The translations under genes were made by a program, and so were the position numbers. From the NCBI GenBank assembly GCA_044892525.1, contig CM097885.1, positions 49,786,001 through 49,850,000 of the forward strand: a stretch of 64,000 bases of DNA, given 5' to 3'. Within the stretch, counting starts at the first letter, position 1. Each line of letters starts with the position of its first letter. Shown one piece after another: positions 27,390-37,451 of the stretch. A model generated the notes under the pieces. It saw only the letters and a list, made by a program, of their open reading frames with translations. It ran no database searches and was not told where the DNA came from. This DNA is from Schmidtea polychroa (lineage: Eukaryota).

Positions 27390-27867
27390 TTAAACGTCAT
27401 AAATTATTATTACTGCCGTGCACTACAACCTGGGAGTTTTCAAGCAAAAATAAAATCTGATGAATCCATTTTTTTCTCGGAAATTTATCAATGGTTTTTT
27501 ATAATGACTGGTATTTAAATAACCCCTCTGAAGGAGATGTACTCTGATTCTTGAGGTCTTTGGGTGCAAAGTTGTACCAGAAAACAATGTCCCTTTGGGC
27601 CCGAACGATCTCCTAGCTGCTTGGGATTTTATTGTCCGGTGGTTTTCCTTCACGATTCCATTCCTAAATGAACCGTAAACATACCTGTATGCCGGCTTTA
27701 CATCACATCGTCTTCAACTCAAGAGACGAACCTCTACCGAAAAACTTTTTCTAAATTTTTTACAATACTTTTTTCATCTTCATATGATATCTTTCTCCAA
27801 ATAGCAAATCTGCTCGAGCCACAATCAACAATAGTCAAGAAAATGGATCCCTCATAGTGCGTGACAT

Positions 27868-28050
27868 GGTAAAAGTCAGAATAGTCGAATATGGAAGTCC
27901 AAAAAAAAGTCGACAGATCGTGAAAAATTAGCCGACTGCAAACCCAAAAAAATAACCGACATCCAACAAATACCAAAAAAATCAATTAAAGCTTTTTTTC
28001 TTTGGCGACGATTTTTTTGGCTTCCATATTCGACTATTCTAACCCTCACT
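27868..28050. mobile_element. MITE with long subterminal inverted repeats, 183 bp
   Basis: AGAATAGTCGAATATGGAAG inverted at both ends; flanking direct repeat CGTGACAT (27860-27867, 28051-28058). Confidence 0.7.
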
Positions 28051-28648
28051 CGTGACATCTACAGCTAGTCTTTCTCAATTTTTATCGACCCCTAATGAAT
28101 CATTTTCTCATTTTACTGACGACTGATTGATAGATTTGCATTCAATACAATTATTTACTACATTCTTTATGACATCTCGGGGCTTTTTGGGTTTTCCAAC
28201 TGAACGAAATAAATAGATTTCCACGGATAGAAAACAATTTACGCCGAGTAACTTTACTCTCAATTGTGTCAACTGCATTTCTTTTAGACCATAACAGGCA
28301 AATATTTATTAATGAAATAAAGCATGGATATAATTAATATATCGCAAACAAACATGGGTAGATCAAAATTGATTTTTCAATGTCTAGGTAATAGATAGGA
28401 AAACGTTACTACCAATTTCTGGGTAGTAAGCGATCGCGATAAATTTCGGGCATCCCTCATCTTTTTTCTTTCATTGTTGAGCGGTGATGTTGATCAATTA
28501 GGATCCTGCATTCTCCGTCTTTGAAACACATGAGGACGGTTTGTATAACCGATATCTTTTCTTAGTAGTGACAAGATTTTGGGAATTAAATCTTTTTGTT
28601 TTTATTATTTTGTAAATCATATTTTTACCTCTATTTCATAAATAAATA

Positions 28649-28880
28649 TTAGTATCGAAAAGAGTGTTGCGTTTTTATTTGTGAAAACAGACCTTTTGGA
28701 GTCAGTTCAAGAGAGCGTGTGTTAATCGTATACCTACTTACAAACCTAACAGAATGCCCTTTGATTCCGCATGTCCAATATTCTTGAAAGGGGCATTTAT
28801 TTTTGAAATGTCCAGATTTTTCATATCCATAGCACAGTTTGATTTCTTTGCCCGGCCCAAAACCACTTCCCTTCACTGCA
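28649..28880 (-). mobile_element. Degenerate retrotransposon gag with two CCHC zinc-knuckle remnants
   Basis: CYGYEKSGHFKNKC and WTCGIKGHSVRF match decayed Cx2Cx4Hx4C knuckles. Confidence 0.65.
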
Positions 28881-29137
28881 ATTAGACCAGCAGAGCCGTT
28901 TTTGTTCGGATATTAGTGCAATATATAAAACATAGCAACGAATAAATAATCGCACATTGCAACGAATCAGGAGCTGGCAACAGCAAATCATCAACAAAGA
29001 TTGACTCCTCAAGTTTCAATAAATACTCTTTGATATTGTGATCAATCACTGATCATATTTTTGTTGGGGTTGGGCTCGTTCAGAGAGCAATTTCACTAGG
29101 CGTATCGAAGCTAGGATTATAGTTATAATAATAATAC

Positions 29138-29560
29138 GAGTATAATTTAGTGCCTTTCGGTCTCACAAGAGCTTGGCTACGTTTCAGAGAGCCATGAATT
29201 GAATGTTGATGGATGTGCACCATGTGACAGTTTATATCGATGATATCATCGTTTTCTCACCAAATTTAGAAAGCATTTGGAACAAGCGATTAATTCAGGA
29301 AAATTTGAAAGTAAAGCCATTGAAATGTAGATCTGAAGTAGTATACGTAGGACATATCATCTCAAAAGATGGAATAAAGCCAGATTCGGCCAAAGTTGAA
29401 AAAGCAAAGAATTTTCCTGAACTTAAGACAGTGAAACAGATAAAAGGACTTTTGGGCTTAGTCGGCTACTACAGGAAGTTTATTCGAAACTTATCAGCAA
29501 TTGTGTCACCTCTTACACAATTAGAGAGTAAAAATGTCAAAAGCAAAAAAATAAAATTTT
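29138..29560 (+). mobile_element. Ty3/gypsy reverse transcriptase fragment (pseudogenised)
   Basis: PFGL..ATFQRAMN (frameshifted), VYIDDIIVFS, YVGHIISKDGIKPD, LGLVGYYRKFI. Confidence 0.9.
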
Positions 29561-30395
29561 ATTATAAGTATAACAAATGTTCTCGATCCTTGAGCTTTCT
29601 GAAGCTGTCAATTTGAATTCTTCGAAAGCTGTGCCGAGGCTCAAGCGTTAAACTTGGGTTGTCATATAAATAAATGTATAAATATGGTAATGCTTTGATT
29701 ACATCTATTTATATATATAGCAATCTTCTCTGGAGATCAGGAACAGTTCATTTGCATAATAACGTTGGCAGGTGATCAGTGGTGATTATCATAGGATTGA
29801 GTAATCATTTTCAATTTGATAGCTTCGGAGTTTCTAAAACTATAGTTAATGGATGATTGAGGTATAGTGTAAGATGAGTGGAGGAGTCTAGGGTAGTGGT
29901 AAAAGGTTGTTTGTATAATGGGAGTTTTTGATTGGCAGAGTAGGGATTGGCATATTAACGGTGGAGGAGTATTACAATTATAGAAGTGATAAATAGATAG
30001 TCATAGTAGGTATAAATGGAATTGGCAGAGTAAGGATGAGTATGGTAATAGTGGAAAGAGTATTGATAAGGTGGTAGGTAGTGTAGTTGGGTAGTGATAG
30101 GTAGGTAGTCATAATAGGCCGATATAAGGGCTTAGTATATTTAGAATGAGAAGAGTATTGATAAAGAATGGTAGCAGGGATGTAGAGATAGGAGAGTAAT
30201 GAAAGGCAGTCATTGTAGACTGTATATAGTTAGGTAACATAGTTAAATATAATCTTGGGGTAGGTTATAAACAATAGAGGAGAGATAATACAATAACAAC
30301 AAACAAGATAAGAATAATAAAAAAGTAAAGGACGATGGCGTATCAGCCCAAAAAAAAAGGTAGTTATATGCCCATGGGTGAGATTCTTGTTAGGA

Positions 30396-30821
30396 TTGAG
30401 CGTGCTGCATATTCTTTATCATGGGATGCCTCTTAAGTTTGATTGGGTTGGATTGAGAAATTGATGCAGCAGGTGTGAGTTAACGACCGTAGAAAAATCA
30501 TAAGAGAACAAGTAAACCGAAAGGGGCCTAACAAAAGCCTGATATACAATAAACAATAAGGCAGGCTGAAAAAGATGATTCTTTGGTTGGTATGTATAAG
30601 CCTTGAGGCTTTATTGCCATCTGTTTACTTGTTCCGGTTGAGCGTGCTGCATGTGTTTATCATGGAATGCCTCTTCAGCTTGATTGGGTTAGATTGAGAA
30701 ATTGATGTAACAGGTGTGAGTTAACGGCAAGGGCTGATATAAAATAAGACAATAGGGCAGGATGTGAATGATGATTCTTTGGTTGGTGTGTGAATGGGGC
30801 TTGCTGATTTATTGCCATCTG
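30396..30821. repeat. Imperfect tandem duplication (unit starts 30396 and 30638)
   Basis: TTGAGCGTGCTGCAT...GATTGAGAAATTGATG...CAGGTGTGAGTTAACG...GATTCTTTGGTTGGT...TTATTGCCATCTG occurs twice; the second copy is about 44 bp shorter. Confidence 0.8.
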
Positions 30822-30961
30822 ATTAAGAAGGCTCCAGTAATAGAGATTGACTAATAAAATTGGGGGGTCTGGTAGAAGAGTGATGGGGTCCAGTCTAGTA
30901 AAACATTTTGGTTGCCCGAAGAGATGTATTGGTGCAAATTATAAATGTTTTAAATAAATTG

Positions 30962-30986
30962 ATTATTATTATTATTATTATTATTA
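30962..30986. repeat. (ATT)n microsatellite
   Basis: About 8 consecutive ATT units. Confidence 0.9.
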
Positions 30987-31029
30987 CTGAATGCAAAAAA
31001 ATAGAAATGTTTAAGAAACCATTTATTAG

Positions 31030-31378
31030 ACAAGTTGCCTTGTTAACCTAGTATTAGCCTTTACTTTCTTCGGTCTACCACGCTTTTTCTTTCACTAAGC
31101 AGGGTCACGTTGATCAAAGCCAACTTTCCTTTCTCTTTCAGATATAGATAGACGTGAACGCATTTTTAGGTCTTAACAAAATCGCAACAAGAACAGATAA
31201 CAGCTTTCCAACTTTCAAATCATTGATTGACTTTTAGTATAATATTTTCTGCATAAAATTTCTTGAACTAGTTGAATCTGTCAAAATTAGACATGATCTT
31301 ATTTCTCATGTTCTCTAACAACTCACTGTCGAAATCAGCTGGCACAAATGTTAAATACTCAATCCTTTCTTCCCACTT
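31030..31378 (-). mobile_element. MULE/Mutator-like transposase C-terminal remnant with SWIM zinc finger
   Basis: Minus strand WKAVICSCCDFVKT*KCVHV (CxCx7CxH) followed, after a frameshift, by KRGRPKK; stop codons present. Confidence 0.7.
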
Positions 31379-31599
31379 AAATTATTTGTTTTCAATATCA
31401 ATTCAATTTAATTAAATTTATAAAATTAAAGGTAGTCATTAACGATGTTAAAGCAATTTCTTAATTTGTGTGCCCAGTAGTAAAATAGTGTGTTTTTAAA
31501 AAAAGCCATTTTCTAAATTTAAGTGTCAAAAATAAAATTTCTGTGTGATGAAGTAATTTTATGTAAATCAAATAAAATTTGTGTGTGAATATATTTTTA

Positions 31600-32090
31600 T
31601 CCAATTTAAAAGTCCTTAAGTAATTGTTGGAAAGAAGAATGGATTAATACGAATGTATGTGGATTTTAGTCAGCTTAATGCAATTACATAGAAAGTTACA
31701 TTTCCTATGCCACGCACACTTCAGTTGCTCGATTGTTTAGCTGATTCACGGATATTTTCGTCAACAGATCTTGGAGAATTGGCAAGACTCAATGAAAACT
31801 CTTGAAAATATGTAGCATTTAGTACTAAATAAAATTATATTTTGTTTTAATCGTATTCTTTTTGGTTTAGTAGCATCACTACCTACGTTTCCAAAATTCA
31901 TGCATGGACTTCTGAAAGGTTTAATTTTCAATTGTGTTATTTTATATCTGGTTTATATAATTCTATATTGAAAATATGAGAAGCAACATAAAGAAATTAT
32001 ACAACGTTTTCTAAAATCAGGATTAGAGATAAACCCAACAAAATCTCAATTTCATCAAAATAAACTTATATTTCTTGGTCATATGATAAA
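31600..32090 (+). mobile_element. Second Ty3/gypsy RT remnant
   Basis: VIVGKKNGLIRMYVDFSQLNAIT.KVTFPMPR...LFGL...FLKSGLEINPTKSQF..NKLIFLGH, with stops and frameshifts. Confidence 0.8.
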
Positions 32091-32249
32091 TTCTCTTAGA
32101 TTTTCTCTTAGATCGTATCTAATCTTCGTGGATATATGTGATTAAATTAAATAATACATTACGAATTTAATTACAATAATTAAAATAAAGTATACTCAAT
32201 GAATAAATTACGATTTCTGAAAATGTATCAAGTTGATATGGGCATAAAA

Positions 32250-32830
32250 TTAAATTTTTTTGATTCTGCATCAGAATTTATACCTAATTTTTATGTGTAA
32301 ATTCATGCATTAAAACAAGGTTGAAATTTTAATTATTTTAATCTATATTTTATATTAAAACCAATGCCTTTGACACCGTTAACTTTTACTGACTATCGAT
32401 CTCCAATTATTTTAATTATTTTAACCTTTTCTATTTTTTTAAATCAATTTTTAAAGACATATTTTATTAGCTTTATATCATTTATTTTTCTAAAATTTTA
32501 ACTTAAATTTTCATAACACCATGATGTATTTTCCGAGTTAATTTGATTTTCATTACATAGGATATAAATTGAATTTATTAATCTTTTTATTAAAGTTACA
32601 ATTTATGAAAGTGTTGATTAAATTTTTTGGATTTTGTATAAGTAATTATACCTAATTTTTGTGCGTGAATTCATTAATTAAAACAAAGCCGAATTTTTAA
32701 ATATTTTAATTTAACTTTTTCTCATTTTTTTGCTCAATTTTGAAAGCATATATTTTTCATAAATTGGAACTTAATTTTCGCGACAGTATGATGGATTTTC
32801 CGAGTTTAATAATTGTTCATTAAATTAAAT
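32250..32830. repeat. AT-rich imperfect tandem duplication (copies ~32250-32570 and ~32620-32830)
   Basis: Shared blocks TATACCTAATTTTT..GTG..AATTCAT..ATTAAAACAA and ATGATG.ATTTTCCGAGTT; copy 1 carries an extra ~70-bp insert. Confidence 0.7.
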
Positions 32831-33318
32831 TCATTTAAATTCCATTTTTCGTTTTTTATTTTATTTTAAATTCTTTTTTACTTAAAATTTATTGTTAACT
32901 CTGTTTTTAATATCGCCCTTTAATTTGTAGTTTGTTTTAGTTATTTATGTTATTTTCTGCTATTATTTTGATTTAATTTCTATGTTTATTATTTAATGTC
33001 TATTTGTTGTTTTTTTTAATTTTAATCAACTTTGTACCATTTGTATCTTATATGTTACTGATGTAGTTAAACAACTAAGAGATAATTATTATTTTATCCA
33101 ACAATTTTTTCATTAATTAATTAATTTTTTTCCACAACTCAAACTAAATTTTTAAATGTAAATATTATTTTTACATATTGGATGAATGTACATTTTTAAT
33201 AATACTTAACTCTATAAGTGCCGAATCAATTTCATAAAAAGTCAGGAAATGTGTCATTTGTCCGTCAAAAAAAAAGTTAAAGATATAATTGTGATTTGAA
33301 AATTTGAAACACATGTAG

Positions 33319-34470
33319 AACGACCAAGTGAACAACAAAGAGATAAACAACATTTAATATATATTAAAAAAAATTTCTCCGAAAGATTGTTAAAAGTAGA
33401 AACAAAGGTATATTCAATAGTATTCGTATTTATCCGCATCTAAAAGCTTATACTGAATTTATTTAATGTTCCACGATGAAGCATATCCTTGTATATGTAA
33501 AGCTATAGATAGGTGTTCTTTATATGTATTTAAGCTATATACAGATTTTACTGTAATATTCAATAAAATATTAAATGCAACCTTAGAATACATTGTAATT
33601 AGAATTTTAAATCTCTAAAAATTAATAACTAGAAATTTTAATTTAAATTAATTTGACAACTTCTACATATAAATTTGTTTAAATAAAGTTTAAAATTATT
33701 TTAAAATGCCATTTTTAGTTAGATTTTTTAAATTTTAGTAATATTTCAATTAATTTTTTATTAGAACCCAAAAGAGGCAGGCTTAAATATATCAGCTATT
33801 GAATGTGATAATGCTGATGGTGACACATATAAACCTTCTGGGTTAAATAAAGTGTTTTATGGTAATTTAAGTGTCAGTGAAAATGATAGTTTATTTAATT
33901 ACATTTTTCAGGAGAGAAAACAAATGAAAGAAAAAGAAAATTTATGAGTTTATCTAAAATAGAGAACCTTTTGGAAAATTTGAACGACGAAAACGATATT
34001 ACAGACAGCGAAGACGATTTACCAAAAGAAGAAAAAGTATAAAATCTGTTTAGTTTGTCCAAATTTAATTAGTTTAATTTAGTTTGACGAAACTACTAAT
34101 TGTTTAGCCATTAAAAAAATAAAGGAAAGAGAAGAGAAAGAAGAAGAGACTTTTACAAGAACAATTTTAACTAAGAAACAAATGAAATTAGAACGGAAAT
34201 TAGCCATGGGTCAGTACATTGATCCAGATTTAGAAGGAGAAGAAATTATGAGATTATTAAACGACGAGGTATGTACACAAATAACAAACTAGTGACTATT
34301 TTAATTTATGTTTAGGACGTGAAAGATTTTAATGGTAAAAAAAAATCAAAAGTAATATTTATTTTTCATTAAAATTTCTAATATGACAAATAAAGGGTAA
34401 AAGAAAGCACCAGAAAGGTTATAATAAGCATCAGAAAGGTTTTCATAAGAATGCCAAAAGAAAACATTAG
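33319..34470 (+). CDS. NGDN: Neuroguidin/Lcp5-like (Sas10/Utp3/C1D family) gene, 3' exons; 5' end unresolved
   Basis: In-frame GT-AG exons ~33319-33407, 33765-33861, 33912-34036, 34083-34268, 34316-34351, 34396-34470 (TAG). Translation contains NP..DTYKPSGLNKVFY, KEREEKEEETFTRTILTKKQ (compare YVPPRL and YEEENFTRL of NGDN/Lcp5) and a basic K/H/G-rich tail. Confidence 0.55.
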
Positions 34471-34589
34471 TTTACTTCAATAAATTTGCTTTTCTCTAAT
34501 TTATGTTTTTCCTAAATTTTACTATTTAAACATTTTATTGATATTAAATGGGATTTTATTAATTAGGTATCCTCAACAATATGAGAGCA

Positions 34590-34850
34590 ACACTAAAATT
34601 AGACTCGTAAATAGATAACTTAAACTGTATGGGGAAGTTCAATTAATCATTATAAGAGTCAAAACAATTTCAATAGGTATAAAATGAATATTGGAGTGTT
34701 AGATGTAATATTAATCATGAAATGGACATTAAACCAGCTAAACCGATAAAGTGTAAACCCATGCTTGTACCTCGAAGGCTAGAGGAAAATGTCAATAACA
34801 AGATTAATATACTCGAAGCTGGTGTCATTAGAGTGCGAGTAGCTGACTAT
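34590..34850 (+). mobile_element. Gypsy pol fragment (protease-RT junction), degenerate
   Basis: KPIKCKPMLVPRRLEENVNNKI..LEAGVIR resembles the gypsy RT N-terminus (PIxxxPYRxP...LLxxGVI). Confidence 0.55.
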
Positions 34851-35589
34851 GGAAGTTTAGCAGTGGTTTACAATAATTTAGTTTAGCAGAAAAACAATGG
34901 TGAAATAAGACATTTAAGTCAATATTACTTTTGAAGGGAGAAAAGTAAGAATTCAAAAGTAATAATAGCGATTTTTAATCAATATATACATATAAAATAC
35001 ACAACTCATTGATCAAACGCGCGATAAACCATCGATCAAAATGGGAGGCGGAAGTTATATATGCGCGATAACTCATACTGGTTCACATGGGACTCACATC
35101 TACCTACCTATTCACTTTCCATTAGCAGTGGTAATGAAAAACAATGGTGAAATTGGACATTTAGGTCAATATTACTTTTGAAGAGAGAAAAGTATCTCTC
35201 AATGTAGAGTTTGTTAGGTAATTTTCAGTTAAAGGTTGATGAAATAGATATACAAATTAAATTAATTATTGATCATCTATATTTTGTCTATTAATGGTTA
35301 ACAGCGTAAACAGTTTTTTTATGGATTTTTTAAATTATACTATTTACAATATTCTTAAGGTTTTATTAATACTGTTACTCCATAACCTTTTAATTTTGAT
35401 AGAAAGTGCACTATTCGTATAAATGAGGTATTTAAATATTTCTATTCTTAACGAATGGTATAATAATATGGAAGATATATACTTATTATTTATTTTCTGA
35501 ACTTTACTCTTCAACGTGATGTGATGAAGCGCTGTGTCTCCGAATTGCCAAATAAAAACAATTAATTTCCATTATCATAATCATAACTC

Positions 35590-36700
35590 ATGCTACCAAA
35601 ACCTTGTAATTTTAAGTTAAGTACATTCAAATGAACAGAGAGGTCAGTGAAGAACATTATATTGCTGACCCAGATGTGATTCTCAAGCCAAGGAACAGTT
35701 TTTAGATGTTTTAATCAATGAATAATAAAATTTCGTCAAAACACTACAAATCTCTCCAATACTTTTCCTCGACTAATCCATCTCACGTTATTGAACATTA
35801 ATACTCCATTGTAAGATGATTCAATTTCCAGTAGAAGCACAGAAAATTCTCGCTTGTGAAGTGGACGAGCAACTATAAAATTCACAATTTTCACCACAAC
35901 TAACATTATATCATTTAGTTCCGAAAATCCAGATTTGGAAAAGGAACAACTGGATCTCCATTAACAATTTTATAAATCCAACATTTTTTCCAACCATATT
36001 CCGGAGCCCTATCTATCGTCACTGAAATAATTTTAGAAATATCGACGGTGATTAAGTCACTATATATTTTTGTAACAACGTTACATATTTCACTTCGTGA
36101 TGTGTACCTATTGGCACTGAATATAACTTTATTAACTCTTCTCTCACTGTAAGACAATCTGAATATCTAGCAATAATGACGAACTGAGCATTTGATTTCA
36201 TCAAGGGAAATCGAAAAATATTTACAACTGATTAAAATTTTTTAAATTGTTTTTGTACGTTTTTATTTAGATCTATTATTCTGTCTTTGAGAGTATTTCT
36301 ACCGAGAGACAACTCAGAAATTCTTTTAATAATTTCATCTTTATTTTTCATGCCACGAAATAAAGAAGGTGAACATTCAAAAAGTGTTCGTTTAATAAAT
36401 TCACCTTCAATGAGAGGTTTTCCATACTGAGCTATATAGGAACTTGCTGATGTGGAATTTGTAGTGCTTTTTACAAATTTAAAGATTGAATTCGTTTGAT
36501 TTTTAGAGTTGTAACTACCTAGAAATGTATTCCATCCTTTCATCGATACTTTTATACAAATGTTGACTATGATTAGTTTCAAAATGTCTATATTCCATGA
36601 CCTGCTTACAACCGTTTCATTGCATAGTATGCACAATGATCTGTTGTTTGTCAACAATCCCATATATTTCGGTTCATATGCCTTGAATATTACTTACACT
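35590..36700 (-). mobile_element. hAT Buster/SPIN (GTF2IRD2-like) transposase pseudogene
   Basis: LCILCNETV, KPLIEGEFIK, LSLGRNTLKDRI, SVTIDRAP, KIVNFIVAR, VRWISRGKVLERF, HLNVLNLKLQG; multiple stops and frameshifts. Confidence 0.85.
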
Positions 36701-37451
36701 TCCTTTATCAACTAATTTTCGTTTGAGATATTTTATTCTCAATCACAGTGCTGGGAAAAAATCAATTTTTTAAAAAATTGATAGGTTTATTAACTATTAA
36801 CTTTTTGCAATGTTGTTGCACTGATTACTAGTATCATAAGATTCAAACACGCCGAAGATATTTCACCGAAACGGAGAATGTCTCTAGAGTACTGTTGCCC
36901 TTTACACCTTCCAACCTCGTGTCATTATGATCAAATACGCCTGGTTACCGAATGTATCCGGAAAACTCGAAACATAGCCGATGTAGATGCTGTGATTTTG
37001 ACATCGTTATATTAACATCAATATTGAAAAAAAGCATTTAATGTTTCTAATATGTATATTTGTTATGCAATACTATTTACTAGTATATGCACGTCTTCTT
37101 TAGAAATTAAATTATATTCATTATTAACATAACTAATAATACTATTATAAATAACCAATGAGAGCCGTTATTATGGGAAAATATTTATATAATGATTTTT
37201 TTTATCTTTGAAGAGGCGTGTCACCAAAAATAAGCTCGCATGTTTCATTTAAAAGGAAATCGGTTATTATAAAATCCTGTTATGCTACACAAAGCTTAAG
37301 AGAAAATTTTGAAAAAACTTCGGAAACATTCACTCTAAAAATAATCGTTTAACATATAATTTTACCATATAATCAAAATGCTTCAATAAAAAGATCTGGA
37401 AAGCTTATATGCACATTTCCAGATGGGTAAACATATATTTGAAAGGTGAGA

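Noticed and set aside
33290-33310. In-frame TGA suggesting a non-standard genetic code or readthrough
   Set aside because: About 20 kb of other coding sequence in the window has no in-frame stops under the standard code; an intron or decay explains it better.
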